Positions 1-11,404 of a DNA stretch of 32,000 nt are shown here, piece by piece. Numbering within the stretch: the first letter of the stretch is position 1; the number at the start of each line of letters is the position of its first letter. The stretch is from Edwardsiella hoshinae NBRC 105699 = ATCC 33379 (GTDB lineage Bacteria > Pseudomonadota > Gammaproteobacteria > Enterobacterales > Enterobacteriaceae). The position numbers were made by a program, and so were the translations under genes. The DNA is taken from contig NZ_BAUC01000010.1 of the NCBI RefSeq assembly GCF_000474215.1, positions 89,382 to 121,381 of the forward strand, in the 5' to 3' direction. The notes under the pieces were generated by a model, which saw nothing but the letters and a program-made list of their open reading frames with translations, made no database searches and was not told the origin of the DNA.

Positions 1-1316
1 CCAGGATCTACCTGCTGAGCACGCAGGAAAGGCAGTAAAAATAGGGCGGACAGACAGGCTGCCACGGAAATAACCACGAAAAAGCCATTCCAATGCCACA
101 CTTCCATTACCCGGGCGATCGGATAACCGGAGAGCGCGGCACCGAGGTAGGCGAACAGGCCGACGAATCCGGTAGCGGCTCCGGCGGCATCCTTGTGAGA
201 ACACTCGGCCGCCGCCATGCCGATCAACATCTGCGGTCCAAAGATAAAGAAACCGATGGCGAAGAAGCAGGCGGCTTGTAAGGCATAACTACCGCCCGGC
301 ATCAACCATAGCGCGGCCACAGAAAGGAAGATACCGATGGCAAAAATCAGGTTCATCGGGCCACGATTACCCCGGAACAGCTTGTCTGACCCCCATCCTG
401 CAACCAACGAACCGATAAAACCGCCGACCTCAAACAGCGATAGCGCCGAGTTGGCAGTCATCAGTGAGTAGCCTTTGGTCTGGGTCAAATACAGGTTACC
501 CCAGTCGTTGATCGCCGTACGCACGATGTAAACCAGTACATAGGAGACGGCCAACAACCAGATATACTTGTTGGTCAGCACATAGCGTTTAATGATTTCT
601 TTATTGGACAGTCCTTTACCTTCAGACTCTTGTACCAACTCCAGGGCATCGTCACGCCACTTACCCACACTCGGCAACCCCAGGGTGACCGGCTTGTCAC
701 GCAGGCGCCAGCACATCAGCAATCCCAACACAATCCCGATAATCCCCGGGATGATCATGCCGTAACGCCAGCTGAAATGCAGCGAGATGAACCCCACTAG
801 CAACGGGATCAGCGCACCGCCGACGTTATGCGAAGTATTCCAGATGGCCCACCAGCTGCCACGCTCAGCGCGCGAGTACCAGCTTGTCAGGATCTTGGAG
901 CAGGGCGGCCAGCCCCAGCCTTGGAAGAACGCATTCACCATCCACAGCGCACCCAGCACCAGCAGCGAGGAGCTCATGCCAAAGACGATATTGATAATCC
1001 CGGTCATGATCAGTCCTAACCCCATAAAATAACGTGGGTTGGAACGGTCACTGATCATCCCAGAGATGAATTTAGAGCAGCCATAGGTGATGTAGAACAG
1101 TGTCCCCATGATGCCGATATCGGACATGCTCAATCCCAGATCGCTGATCATCTCCGGCATGATGAAGTTGAAGCTTTTGCGCGTAAAGTAGAAGGCTGCA
1201 TAGCCAACATACATCACCCACATCAGTTGGATACGCCAATATTTATAGGTGGCGTCAACCTTGGCGCGATCCTGGATCTCGGGCGCGTCGGGGCGGCTTT
1301 TCAGGAAAAACCACAT
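1..1316 (-). CDS. uhpC: UhpC-like hexose-phosphate sensor, MFS family (3' end truncated by the window edge)
   Basis: Reverse-strand translation from ATG at 1316 gives MWFFLKSRPDAPEIQDRAKVDATYKYWRIQLMWVMYVGYAAFYFTRKSFN...FYITYGCSKFISGMISDRSNPRYFMG...AGWGSDKLFRGNRGPMNLIFA...FGPQMLIGMAAAECSHKDAAGAATGFVGLFAYLGA. This is characteristic of UhpC and it lies next to uhpB/uhpA. It is absent from the ORF track because the stop lies outside the window. Confidence 0.93.
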   Translation of the reverse strand, partial: MWFFLKSRPDAPEIQDRAKVDATYKYWRIQLMWVMYVGYAAFYFTRKSFNFIMPEMISDLGLSMSDIGIMGTLFYITYGCSKFISGMISDRSNPRYFMGLGLIMTGIINIVFGMSSSLLVLGALWMVNAFFQGWGWPPCSKILTSWYSRAERGSWWAIWNTSHNVGGALIPLLVGFISLHFSWRYGMIIPGIIGIVLGLLMCWRLRDKPVTLGLPSVGKWRDDALELVQESEGKGLSNKEIIKRYVLTNKYIWLLAVSYVLVYIVRTAINDWGNLYLTQTKGYSLMTANSALSLFEVGGFIGSLVAGWGSDKLFRGNRGPMNLIFAIGIFLSVAALWLMPGGSYALQAACFFAIGFFIFGPQMLIGMAAAECSHKDAAGAATGFVGLFAYLGAALSGYPIARVMEVWHWNGFFVVISVAACLSALFLLPFLRAQQVDP

Positions 1317-1421
1317 GGGAAAATACCTCGTGCGTGGAAACTCATCGTTGTAGCCACTATGGTGCGATGTCAGCGCGCGGGATAACTAATACAAATCTCC
1401 TGACCTCACTAGGAAAAACTC

Positions 1422-2957
1422 TTAGTTCGTACGCTCTGCGGGTAAAACTGCGGGCAAGATCACAGCCAGTCGCGTCCCTTGGCCGCTCTCTAACTGGAGT
1501 TCACCACCCATAGCACAGATACGCTCACGCAGGCCACGTAATCCATACCCCGGCGTCAGCGTCGCCAAATCGATGCCGCAACCATCATCGCGAATGGTGA
1601 TATGCAGCAACCCCGCAGCATCTTGCCAACCATGTAGCGCGACATGGCTGGGACGGGCGTGACGACAAGCATTAGTCACCCCCTCCTGGCATAGGCGGTA
1701 CAAGGTGATCTTCAGGGTATCATCCAGTACGGACTCATCGATGCGCCAATCCAGCTGCGCCGTGATCCCCTGATCGGGCGGCAATAGGTCGCGTAGCAAC
1801 GCCGCCAACGCCGCCGCCAGCGGTAAAGTGCTCAGTGACGCTGGCCACAGTTGCGCCAACAGCTCATGCACCCCGTCGTAGACCCGCAGGGCATAATTCT
1901 CTATCGCCTCTGCACTGGCCAACAGGCGCGGCTCATGACTCAAACGACGAATGATCCCCGCCTGAGTACGGATCACCGTGATGGTCTGACCGACTTCATC
2001 GTGCAACTCACGGGCGATCTCTCGCCGGGTAGTTTCCTGCGCCATCACCAGCGAACGCGCCAGTGAACGATTCTCCTCCAGACGCTGCCTCAACTGGCGG
2101 TTGAGATCGCGTTGGCGTTCGATCCCCGCGCCCAACAACATACCGGTCAGACTCTGAACCAACAGCGAGAGCAACAGATCGCGATGCGGCGCCGCTCCCT
2201 GCGGCTCTGTTGCGATCAACACCACACCGTTGAGCAGGGTCGCCAATAACGCCCCCTGCCACCCGTAACGGTAAGACATAAAGACGATAGGGATCGCCAA
2301 ACAGAAAGGGACAAAACGACGCAGATCGGCATGCTGTGCCAGGTGCTGTAGCCATAAGCTCAAGGCGAACAACAGTAAGTAAGCGCCAATATGACGCAAG
2401 CGTAGATTAACCGGGCGGTGCAAGATCCCCGGCATCAGCGGCAACCAGCTCTGTTGTGCCAGATAATGCCAAATCAACAGACAGGTCGGTGCCACTGTCA
2501 AGCCGCCGCATAGCCCCAATAGCAACGCCGGTCCTGGCATGGCGCCGTCCAGCAAGGCCCAGAGCAACGCCTGCAATAGCGCCGCCAACGCCACCACGCC
2601 ACCTTGCTGCAACGGCCAGCGCCACTCGGTGCCCGGAGATTGCTGACGGCGTAACCATGCACCGAGCCCCCAGGACAAAATCAGGCACGACAACAGTGCA
2701 AGCAGTGTGGCACCCAGCCACGCGCCCACACCGAATTGATTCGCTAAGAAGCATTGGATAGCCACATCGCCGGCTACGATCCCCGGCCAGTAACGCGGCG
2801 CAGTCTGTAATAAGATGCCCATCCGCAGGCCAAAGGGGAATAGCAGCAAAGCCTCGACAGGCGAGGCCACCAGTGCCGCACCGATGGCCCACAGACAAAA
2901 GCCGGCGATGGTATAACAAAAGAAGATAGCCAGGGCAGAGATCAGGTGTTGCATCAC
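1422..2957 (-). CDS. uhpB: Sensor histidine kinase UhpB (membrane N-terminus, HisKA_3/HATPase C-terminus)
   Basis: 511 aa; [25 protein letters not shown]-box and [24 protein letters not shown] ATPase G-box; overlaps uhpA by 4 bp. Confidence 0.93.
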   Translation of the reverse strand: MMQHLISALAIFFCYTIAGFCLWAIGAALVASPVEALLLFPFGLRMGILLQTAPRYWPGIVAGDVAIQCFLANQFGVGAWLGATLLALLSCLILSWGLGAWLRRQQSPGTEWRWPLQQGGVVALAALLQALLWALLDGAMPGPALLLGLCGGLTVAPTCLLIWHYLAQQSWLPLMPGILHRPVNLRLRHIGAYLLLFALSLWLQHLAQHADLRRFVPFCLAIPIVFMSYRYGWQGALLATLLNGVVLIATEPQGAAPHRDLLLSLLVQSLTGMLLGAGIERQRDLNRQLRQRLEENRSLARSLVMAQETTRREIARELHDEVGQTITVIRTQAGIIRRLSHEPRLLASAEAIENYALRVYDGVHELLAQLWPASLSTLPLAAALAALLRDLLPPDQGITAQLDWRIDESVLDDTLKITLYRLCQEGVTNACRHARPSHVALHGWQDAAGLLHITIRDDGCGIDLATLTPGYGLRGLRERICAMGGELQLESGQGTRLAVILPAVLPAERTN

Positions 2958-3550
2958 TGCCCCAACAGGCGGCGCGCCAGCTCGACGTTGTTATTCACCC
3001 CGAGTTTGACGAACAGATTAGCGCGATGGACATGAACGGTCTTCGGCGATAAACCGAGACGCTCAGCGACCTCGCGCACCTCAAGCCCTTGAGCCAGCAT
3101 CATCGCCACCTCACGCTCGCGGCGTGTCAGCGGATCGATACGGGTACGCGCCAGCTGTTGCGCGATCTCTGGCATCAGATAAACACCGCCCTGGGCGACA
3201 GTACGTACCGCACTGGCTAAATCCTCGGGGCGACAACGTTTCGAGAGAAAACCGCGCGCCCCACGATCGAGCGCCAGCTCGACCAACGCCGCGCTATCAT
3301 GCATCGACAACATGATCACCGCCAGCCCGGAGGGCAGATCGGCCAAAAGATCTAGGCCACTTTCATCCGGCATCGAAATATCGCAGATACAGACATGTAC
3401 ATCCAATCCCGGTAGACCGGCCCGCGCCTCTGCCGCCGAGCTAAACTCGCCGACGACCGCCATATCCTCCTCCAGCGACAGCAACTGGACGAAGCCGGAA
3501 CGCACGATATAGTGATCGTCAATAAAGGCAATACGATAGGTCATGGTCAA
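2954..3550 (-). CDS. uhpA: Response regulator UhpA (receiver plus LuxR-type HTH)
   Basis: 198 aa; [25 protein letters not shown] receiver start and [55 protein letters not shown] LuxR HTH. Confidence 0.95.
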   Translation of the reverse strand: MTMTYRIAFIDDHYIVRSGFVQLLSLEEDMAVVGEFSSAAEARAGLPGLDVHVCICDISMPDESGLDLLADLPSGLAVIMLSMHDSAALVELALDRGARGFLSKRCRPEDLASAVRTVAQGGVYLMPEIAQQLARTRIDPLTRREREVAMMLAQGLEVREVAERLGLSPKTVHVHRANLFVKLGVNNNVELARRLLGQ

Positions 3551-3628
3551 CTCCGGCGGGCAACAACAGTGCGCGAATTATACACATATTCGGCCACATC
3601 CCGTAACTGTGGCCCACCGAGCGCCCTC

Positions 3629-5188
3629 TTACGCCAGCTTGAAGCTCTCCATGCTCTGCATCAATTGCTCACTCTGCGTCTCCAGCGAGGCGGTCGCCGC
3701 AGTAGACTCCTCCACTAGCGCCGCATTCTGCTGCGCCACCTGATCCATCTGTGCAATGGCCTGATTGACCTGCTCGATGCCACGGCTCTGCTCCTGAGAG
3801 GCACAGGAGATCTCCGACATCAAAGCGGTAACGCGCACCACCTCATCGGAGATCTTCGCCATGGTATCCGCAGCAGCACTGACGCGCCGCTCGCCTTCAC
3901 CCACCTGACGTACTGAATCTTCAATTAACAATTTAATCTCTTTCGCCGACTGGGCGCTGCGTTGCGCCAGATTGCGCACCTCGCCAGCGACCACCGCGAA
4001 CCCCCGCCCCTGCTCGCCGGCACGCGCCGCTTCGACCGCAGCATTCAACGCCAGGATATTGGTCTGGAAGGCGATTCCGTCGATCACGCTGATAATATCG
4101 GCGATCTTCTGCGAGCTTTGGGAAATACTGCGCATCCCAACGATCGCCTCGTTGACGATGGCCGCCCCTTGATTGGCACTATGAGACACCCCATCCGCGA
4201 GCAGATTCGCCTGCTCGGCATTGGCTGCGTTCTGACGCACAGTGGCTGTCAGCTGCTCCATACTGGCCGCCGTTTCTTCAAGTGAAGCCGCCAACTCCTC
4301 AGTACGTTGCGAGAGATCGCTGTTGCCGGCGCGTAACTCGCGAGCTCCCACATCAACGTGCTCACTGGCATCGCGTACGCGACGCACAGTACCAGCCAAC
4401 GCCTGCTGCATCTGTGTCAATTTCTGCCCGAGTAGGGCTATCTCGGAGCGACCGCGTAACGTCAACGACTGCGCCAGATCCCCATTAGCGATCTGCCCAA
4501 CGTGCTCATCCAATTGCATCAATGGTTGCAAGATGATGCGGCGTAACGCATACCAACAGAAGCCCCCTACGCCCAGCAACAACAGGCAAGCCGATATGAT
4601 CAGCGTCATCGCGCGCTGATAATCCCGAGCGGCCTTTTGCAATGCCTCTCGCCCCAAGGCATCGGCAAACTGGCGGAACTCGCGTAAATCGCGATCATAT
4701 TCAGTGGAATGATGACTGACCTGATTCTCCAGCAGACTGTAATAAGCATCCAAATTCTGCTGTGCTAATGCCTGCACCATCGGCAGTAAACCATCATGAA
4801 TGTAAGACTGGTAGCTCTGTTCCAGACGTGAACTCAGGCGTTGACCTTCGACGGTGACCTTCTTCAACGCGGAGAACTGCGCCATGATTTGATCGGACTC
4901 GGCGATCAACCTCTCCGCCGTCTGGCGACTGGCGTCGGCATCGGCCATGTGCGCTAACGTCAACTGCCGAGCCGCAACGGCAGCGGCGGAGCGCGCACGC
5001 AGCGTGGCACTAAACCCCGTTGAGAGCGGCCCTAACTCATCCGCCTGCAACTGATTAACGACCGCCAGAGAGTGATTACTCTGACGCAAAAAATAAATTC
5101 CCATGCTGCTGATAAAAAGCAGTAATAAGGTATAAGTACAGATTATGACTAATAATCCGCCACGAACTGTTATACGTTGATTCATCAA
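3629..5188 (-). CDS. Methyl-accepting chemotaxis protein
   Basis: 519 aa; N-terminal TM and four-helix sensor region, HAMP, and canonical signalling tip [55 protein letters not shown]. Confidence 0.96.
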   Translation of the reverse strand: MMNQRITVRGGLLVIICTYTLLLLFISSMGIYFLRQSNHSLAVVNQLQADELGPLSTGFSATLRARSAAAVAARQLTLAHMADADASRQTAERLIAESDQIMAQFSALKKVTVEGQRLSSRLEQSYQSYIHDGLLPMVQALAQQNLDAYYSLLENQVSHHSTEYDRDLREFRQFADALGREALQKAARDYQRAMTLIISACLLLLGVGGFCWYALRRIILQPLMQLDEHVGQIANGDLAQSLTLRGRSEIALLGQKLTQMQQALAGTVRRVRDASEHVDVGARELRAGNSDLSQRTEELAASLEETAASMEQLTATVRQNAANAEQANLLADGVSHSANQGAAIVNEAIVGMRSISQSSQKIADIISVIDGIAFQTNILALNAAVEAARAGEQGRGFAVVAGEVRNLAQRSAQSAKEIKLLIEDSVRQVGEGERRVSAAADTMAKISDEVVRVTALMSEISCASQEQSRGIEQVNQAIAQMDQVAQQNAALVEESTAATASLETQSEQLMQSMESFKLA

Positions 5189-5384
5189 TTATTCCCTGTA
5201 AATAACGCTTCGGCATGGGATCATCCCTCAGCCGGTCGATCGCGAGGCCGACGTTGACGTTATCGGTCATCCAGGGAAAAACTTGAAGCAGATCACATAA
5301 TATCGCTGGGCGTAGAAGGGAATAGGTGACGACAGGAACTACCAGCGCCGCCGGATTCGACGCTGGATGAGAGACGTCGCCCCT

Positions 5385-6194
5385 TTAACGGCGACTCATC
5401 GCCTCTGATTTCGCAATACAACGGCCGATCGCTTCAATCACCGCGGCTCGCATTCCTCTCTCTTCCAACGCAGCAACCGCCTCAATCGTAGTACCGCCGG
5501 GCGAGCAGACCATGTCTTTCAATTCAGCAGGATGTGTGCCAGTCTCCAACACCATCTTAGCCGCGCCCATCACCGCCTGAGCGGCGAACTGATATGCCTG
5601 AGCACGCGGCATCCCCGCCTGTACCGCCGCATCCGCCATCGCCTCAATAAACATGAAGACATAGGCCGGTGCCGAACCGCTCACCCCGACTACAGCGTGG
5701 ATCAGCCCCTCTGGCACGACCTCCGCACGCCCGAAGCTCCGGAACAGGGCGACGATACGCGCACACTCCTCGGCACTGACGCGACTGTTAGGCGTCACCG
5801 AAGACATGCCGGCATTGACTAATGAAGGGGTATTCGGCATCACTCGCACCACTTTCTGCTGTGCCGCTAACCCTTCCTGTAGGGTGGCTAACGTCACGCC
5901 CGCCGCAATAGAGACCACGATAGTTTCGGGACGCAACGCTGACTTAATCTCACCCAATAGGGCTCCCATACCATTGGGCTTCACCCCCAGAACCACGATA
6001 TCCACCTCGGCTACCAGCGCCTGAGCATTCTCCGCCGCCTTTACGCCATATTCATCGACGATGGCTCTGACGCTATCCGCAGTACGGTTATACACCCAAA
6101 TATCTTGCGCCCGTGCACATTGGCTGGTGAGCAGCCCTCCGAGGATAGCCCGGCCCATGTTGCCACAGCCGATAAAACCGATTTTTTGCTCCAT
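5385..6194 (-). CDS. proC: Pyrroline-5-carboxylate reductase
   Basis: 269 aa; MEQKIGFIGCGNMGRAILGGLL Rossmann start and VGVSGSAPAYVFMFIEAMADAAVQAGMPRAQAYQFAAQAVMGAAKM signature. Confidence 0.96.
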   Translation of the reverse strand: MEQKIGFIGCGNMGRAILGGLLTSQCARAQDIWVYNRTADSVRAIVDEYGVKAAENAQALVAEVDIVVLGVKPNGMGALLGEIKSALRPETIVVSIAAGVTLATLQEGLAAQQKVVRVMPNTPSLVNAGMSSVTPNSRVSAEECARIVALFRSFGRAEVVPEGLIHAVVGVSGSAPAYVFMFIEAMADAAVQAGMPRAQAYQFAAQAVMGAAKMVLETGTHPAELKDMVCSPGGTTIEAVAALEERGMRAAVIEAIGRCIAKSEAMSRR

Positions 6195-6592
6195 ACATCC
6201 TCCAACCCAGGCTTTCAGTATTAAGACGGGGGGTCGGCTTCAGACCCACCCTACTCGCGCCAGACTACCACCAAGCGCCAGGGAAAAATATGCCGTTCAC
6301 ACAAGGGCACGGAACGACCACATCGTCACTAAAATAGCCGGTTACGGCGGAGTAAGAACAGCGAAGGAACATGACGGGCAGAGAATGACAACAGCATACG
6401 CCACGGCAACTCTCCACATCACGCTGGAGCAGCGGCACTAACCTCCTTGACGAAGCGAGCGCCTTCACGCGCGCTAAAGGGAGAGGCCGGATAACGCTTA
6501 TCGTGGTACTCCGCGGCCATCTCGGCATCAAGTATGGATAGCACAGCATGCACCGCCTCACCCACCCACGTGACCCACGTGACCCACGTGAC

Positions 6593-7141
6593 TCAGCCTG
6601 GATGAGCGGCGAGATGCTGCAAGACTTGTGGCAGACAGAGACGGAACCATGGCGTGTAGTCATTCGGCTGCTGGGCCATATGCTGTAGGATCTGCTCGGG
6701 AGTACGCCAGACAAATGCATCGACTTCTGCCAGATTCATCTGTGGATTCTGCTCGCTACGGCCAACGAAAACACGAGTGAGCTCATGTTCGGTCAACCCT
6801 TGGCCAACATCCACTCGGTAATACAGCGTCATGAGCGGATCTAACGCACACTGCATCCCCATCTCTTCTTGCAAACGACGCGTCGCCGCCTGCTCGATCG
6901 CCTCCCCTGGCAACGGATGGCTACAGCACGTATTACTCCACTGCCCACCCGCGTGGTATTTACCGGCCGCACGCCGTTGCAACAACAACTCACCCCGCGC
7001 ATTAAAGAGATAAACAGACAGGGCTCGGTGCAAGCATCCTTCACGGTGCGCCGCTAACTTCTCCATCCGTCCTAACGGTTTATCCTGCCGATCAACCAGA
7101 ACAACCTCAATCACCCGACTCCCCTCCCACCGATGCAACAT
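6593..7141 (-). CDS. idi: Isopentenyl-diphosphate delta-isomerase
   Basis: 182 aa; Nudix/IPP isomerase pattern with GQWSNTCCSHPLPGEAIEQAATRRLQEEMG and YRVDVGQGLTEHELTRVFVG. Confidence 0.93.
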   Translation of the reverse strand: MLHRWEGSRVIEVVLVDRQDKPLGRMEKLAAHREGCLHRALSVYLFNARGELLLQRRAAGKYHAGGQWSNTCCSHPLPGEAIEQAATRRLQEEMGMQCALDPLMTLYYRVDVGQGLTEHELTRVFVGRSEQNPQMNLAEVDAFVWRTPEQILQHMAQQPNDYTPWFRLCLPQVLQHLAAHPG

Positions 7142-7417
7142 GGAACGCTACCGTGTCATCGCGGATACACGGTACAAGAGTCGGCTACCATACCTTATCC
7201 CTGCCCACCTTTTTAGTATTGAACGGCTTTTCTTGTGAAAAATCTGACAATAGCACACCTTACGCTCTATCACGCATGGGAGATAAACAGGAGAGAAATG
7301 CATTAACGACGCCCGCAAATCGCGGATCACAACGCATCTGCCACCAGGTGTAAGACGGAGAAAACGCAGCGACATCCTTGTCAAACCACACCCGCCAGCA
7401 AAAGGGAAAGCACAGAA

Positions 7418-8182
7418 CTAGGGCAACATCACCCCATCACGATAACGATGCACATAATTCAACGGCGTCATGCCGTAATACTCCTTAAATACCGAAATAA
7501 AGTAAGAGGTGCTGCTATAACCACACAGTGCCGAAACCTGTGAAATGTTCTTATTGAAGACTAATAGCTGCTCTACCGCGTAGCGCATGCGGCAATCGGT
7601 GACAATTTTACTGTAGCTGGTCTGCTCATTTTTTAGTTTTTTCTTTAATGAGCTCGGACTCAGACACAGGCAACTGGCCACCGTCGTTAGACTCCAGGTC
7701 TTGTTGATATCGCTTTGAATAATGTTATAGACATTTGCACTGATGTTATTCCGCACCATCCGCATCAAGAAAGGAATAAAATTCTTATTGTTAAGAAAAA
7801 TGGATAGCGCGGCAAACGTCAGCGAACGCTTGCGTTCATACTCGATTTCATCGATATCCCGCATCACCGAGTGGCGCGCAGCCTCTTTGAAGACATATGG
7901 CGTTCGACAAGGCTCTATCATATAGACTGGAAAATTACGCGCTATCGGGGCATAGTTAGTAAGATCTTTTTTCAGAAAGTGCAGATAGTCTTTTATCAAA
8001 TCACGATTGATATACAGCACATAAGACGGCTCTAATGCCGAAAAGTCTATTGCATCACTTTCCACAGAAATCAACATCAAATGATTTGCATTAAACTTAA
8101 CCGGCTCGCCTTCGCTAAATCTGACATTTACATCACTTTCTGTTAAAACTATCGCACAACATTCATCACAGCAAAGTTTCAT
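7418..8182 (-). CDS. AraC-family transcriptional regulator
   Basis: 254 aa; C-terminal double HTH: WSLTTVASCLCLSPSSLKKKLKNEQTSYSKIVTDCRMRYAVEQLLVFNKNISQVSALCGYSSTSYFISVFKEYYGMTPLNYVHRYR. Located in AT-rich DNA. Confidence 0.88.
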   Translation of the reverse strand: MKLCCDECCAIVLTESDVNVRFSEGEPVKFNANHLMLISVESDAIDFSALEPSYVLYINRDLIKDYLHFLKKDLTNYAPIARNFPVYMIEPCRTPYVFKEAARHSVMRDIDEIEYERKRSLTFAALSIFLNNKNFIPFLMRMVRNNISANVYNIIQSDINKTWSLTTVASCLCLSPSSLKKKLKNEQTSYSKIVTDCRMRYAVEQLLVFNKNISQVSALCGYSSTSYFISVFKEYYGMTPLNYVHRYRDGVMLP

Positions 8183-9042
8183 AGCAGAACATCCTACAAA
8201 AAATGAACAAAATGCCTTATCTCACTACCACATCGTGGTGCTAGCGCATAGCATAAAAGAGAAGCCCAAAATTGGCCCCAATAATAAAATAACATACCGA
8301 ATAATATTATTATTTCAATGCCAGTCGCAAATTTCAACTGTAGCGTTATCTTTACACAAAAGATTGTTCAAATCTCACCTATAAATCCATCTTACTTTTG
8401 TACTAAACAGACCTAACATTAATAACTATCGATTATATCCAAATGAAAAAAGCGCGGAGTATTCTCCGCGCAATGATTACCTAGTTATTATAATGCTACG
8501 ATCTCTTTGCTACATTATCGTCAGTAGAGTACCGACAATAATTCTACCTGACGTAGGACTTATTACCGCTATCCTAGCCACATGCAGAAAAATCCGCACG
8601 CCATCCGCACCTAACGTCAATAATCCTGCATAATACCCTAGCAAATCTGCCTACAATAAAATTCTAGGCACACCACATGATGACCTTTATTATCATGCTA
8701 CGCTTACCGCGATGCAAATGGTAAAAAGCAGAGGACGGGAAACAAGAATCAATGGATAATCAAAACGTTAAATAAATAAATTAGCCAAATAGCACCATGA
8801 GTATTTACTCCGAAGGCGTATTTTTTTGTCTCATCGTTGTATCGGATCGTCGCCGCTCCCAGGCAAAATCTCACATATCACCGATAAGAAAAAAGCACCG
8901 CCTAGACACGCTCAATGACGCTAGCCAATCACCTGTTACCCGCTACCATAAAGGTTAGCGCTAACGACATGGGGCTGCGCCCGTACCCCCCACGCAGCCC
9001 ACCAGGCAAACACCTCAAGCCATCAAGAAACCGCGCTCCACT

Positions 9043-9471
9043 TTAGCGGATCACCAACACATTGGTCTTGGCATGACGGACAATAGCTGCCGCATTCGAT
9101 CCCAGCAGATACGTCTTCACACTGGGACGATGTGAACCCACCACGATCAAATCGGCGCCCATCTCTTCTGCCTGCAACAATGCCTCATCACGCGGAGTAC
9201 CGAAGCGAATGGTGTAAGACATTCGCTCACGAGGCAGATCGATACGATCGATCAACGTCAGTAACTTCTCCTCTGCGTTCGCCACTGCTTTATTTTCAAA
9301 CTCTTTGATTCCAAAGGAGTATGCTGTGACGAATGCCTGGGCATCAGGCAACACATACAGGAAATGCACCTCGGCATCCGTCAGTTTAGCCATGTAAATC
9401 ACATGCTCTAGCGCATTTTGCGTCAGCAGGTCCTCTTCGATATCGACAGGTACTAAAATGTTCTTATACAT
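9043..9471 (-). CDS. uspF: Universal stress protein, UspF type (start trimmed to MYKNILVPVD)
   Basis: MYKNILVPVDIEEDL...VHFLYVLP...ADLIVVGSHRPSVKTYLLGSNAAAIVRHAKTNVLVIR. The ATP-binding G-x2-G-x9-G(S) type motif is replaced by the UspF-like SHRP..TTYLLGSNAAAIVRHA form. Confidence 0.88.
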   Translation of the reverse strand: MYKNILVPVDIEEDLLTQNALEHVIYMAKLTDAEVHFLYVLPDAQAFVTAYSFGIKEFENKAVANAEEKLLTLIDRIDLPRERMSYTIRFGTPRDEALLQAEEMGADLIVVGSHRPSVKTYLLGSNAAAIVRHAKTNVLVIR

Positions 9472-10101
9472 CGTCACTCCCTCTTCCTGACTCACCGTAA
9501 AACAGCACAATTCCCGCGTAGCTCAGCACACCGAGCCTCCGTCACGACTCCCCCAGGCGCTCTGGCCTAACACGCTAAGCATACTGCCTGATAAGAATAG
9601 ACAACATTGTGTTACCACGCTTTTGTGAGATACCACAGGGTATGACCTCCACTCCCCATCCTACACCCTGATGAAAACGCGCACCGGCACTTCGTCATCC
9701 ACTAGCGCAGTGTAAGCTAGTGCACAAGCGTAACCCGACACTTTTCATTTCACGTCAAATGATAACGCATCGCTAAGCTCAGCGCGAAAATCAACAATCA
9801 AACGAAAACACGATAATTTTTTTATTCTCCATTATTTCTTCATTTTTTATCGTACTCAGCGACAATGTGAAGGAATTATAAATAAGCCCAAATACAGAAC
9901 GCTTTTTTGTTTTTACCGCACCCCTTTTGCATATTATCACATTGTATTCAACAGCACTTTACGTTAAATACGCAAGCAGACAGCATAAAAATCCCACGCT
10001 ATAATCGTCGATAAATAGCACAGAGAATTTAAATACTCACGATGAGTAGGGCATGACATGCACCTAATTCTTAACAGAAGAACCCTTACCCGGAGTCCAT
10101 T

Positions 10102-10248
10102 ATGAGATATATCGTCTTATTGCTCGCCGCCCTAGCACTAAGTGGCTGCGCCCATACCCCTCCAGTCCACAACAATAATTTCGGCAATCTCGCCGATTGT
10201 GGCATGTGTAGCTACAACGATACCTTCTTTGCCAGCTTCGACGAGTAA
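10102..10248 (+). CDS. Small predicted lipoprotein (48 aa, below the size limit of the ORF track)
   Basis: ATG at 10102 preceded by CCGGAG. Translation MRYIVLLLAALALSGCAHTPPVHNNNFGNLADCGMCSYNDTFFASFDE has a signal peptide and a lipobox LSGC. Confidence 0.7.
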   Translation: MRYIVLLLAALALSGCAHTPPVHNNNFGNLADCGMCSYNDTFFASFDE

Positions 10249-10602
10249 TCGTGGGCAACGAAGCCTCCCCGTTGCCCCAGCATCTGCGGCTCGCCCCGCA
10301 AGCCTCCACTAAGCGAGCCGCCCGATGACGCTTGGCGCATCTCACCGCCTCATCAGCCCGTAACCACACCCACACAGGTAATGCCGCAGAAGCCATGGGA
10401 CAACCTGCTCACGCATCCAGCCACAGCAGTGGCATTTACCACTCAGCGTGTAGGCTTGCCCCATCGCGACGAAAAAAACGAAACGCTCTCAACACGCGCC
10501 GCCAAGAGAATGGCTCAGGCCCCCACCTCGCACAACCGCACCATACACCGTCGGCGACTCGACGAAAACGACACCGTCACGCTTTATCATAGCCACGTGC
10601 AC

Positions 10603-10947
10603 TCAATCGACCAGATGTGTTGCTGCGAGCGCGTTGACAAACTCACGCTTAAGCAAAATATCGGAGATAAAAATCACCGTAATATGCTGCTCCTCTTGAA
10701 TATAGGCGGCACGAAAACAGTGTGGTTTCAGCACGATTTTATATTCTAGAATAGTTTTTCCCCGATGCTTTAACCCCCAAGCTGCCTTAATCTTATGGGG
10801 GCGCTGACGGATAATCTGCGCTAATTCATGGTAGAGATTTGCTTTGACCGCCGCCTCGTCACGCGCAAATTTTTTAAAAAATGCGCGTATCGCCGTATTG
10901 TCATCAATAGTCACCGTTAATGCCGCTGCAAAGAGATCCCCACTCAT
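10603..10947 (-). CDS. Hypothetical protein (possibly a divergent RelE/ParE-fold toxin-like protein)
   Basis: ATG at 10947 preceded by AAGGAGG at good spacing; 114 aa. The C-terminal half (LEYKIVLKPHCFRAAYIQEEQHITVIFISDILLKREFVNAL) has a RelE-like beta-rich pattern; family assignment is weak. Confidence 0.5.
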   Translation of the reverse strand: MSGDLFAAALTVTIDDNTAIRAFFKKFARDEAAVKANLYHELAQIIRQRPHKIKAAWGLKHRGKTILEYKIVLKPHCFRAAYIQEEQHITVIFISDILLKREFVNALAATHLVD

Positions 10948-11404
10948 GCCATCCTCCTTCATCACCCAGCTCCCCCAAAACGGTGAGTGTTCAAGTGAAA
11001 TAGGGTAGCGCGCCAGCGCTGCACACGACATCTCAAATCTACTCAGCTACCTGCGAGGGAGACAATGACTAAAACCACCCGTCGCAGACCCATGGCATGC
11101 AGCATCGCGTCAATTTTCGTCTGTACCGCCGTGCCCCGCCCCCGGCTCTCCTCCACCTGCGCCCCCTGTCCAGAGGAAACACCACATTCGTCCGCCATCT
11201 TGTCCCACAGCAACGCTCCAACCTCCTGAATGATGAGAGCGCTGATACAGTGTTCTCTTTCCTCAACGCCAGTTGAATCGACGAAACTCGGAGCCCCTCA
11301 TTCCGGTATCATAACCCGCGGGCAAGAGCCCCACAGGAGCCATTCATCGCACCTCGGCCAAACTGCCTTCCCTCGATACACATACGCGAATTATCGCCTG
11401 CACG

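Noticed and set aside
2407-2919. 170-aa minus-strand ORF and other small ORFs within 1851-2919
   Set aside because: Alternate frames or antisense of uhpB; uhpB is clearly the real gene.
6265-6720. 151-aa minus-strand ORF
   Set aside because: Overlaps the idi 3' end in another frame and crosses the 9-bp repeats; arginine/serine-rich chance translation.
10100-10396. 98-aa ORF listed on the + strand (MASAALPVWVW...)
   Set aside because: The listed peptide is actually encoded on the minus strand (ATG reads down from 10396) and looks like a chance ORF; the + strand here carries the short lipoprotein gene instead.
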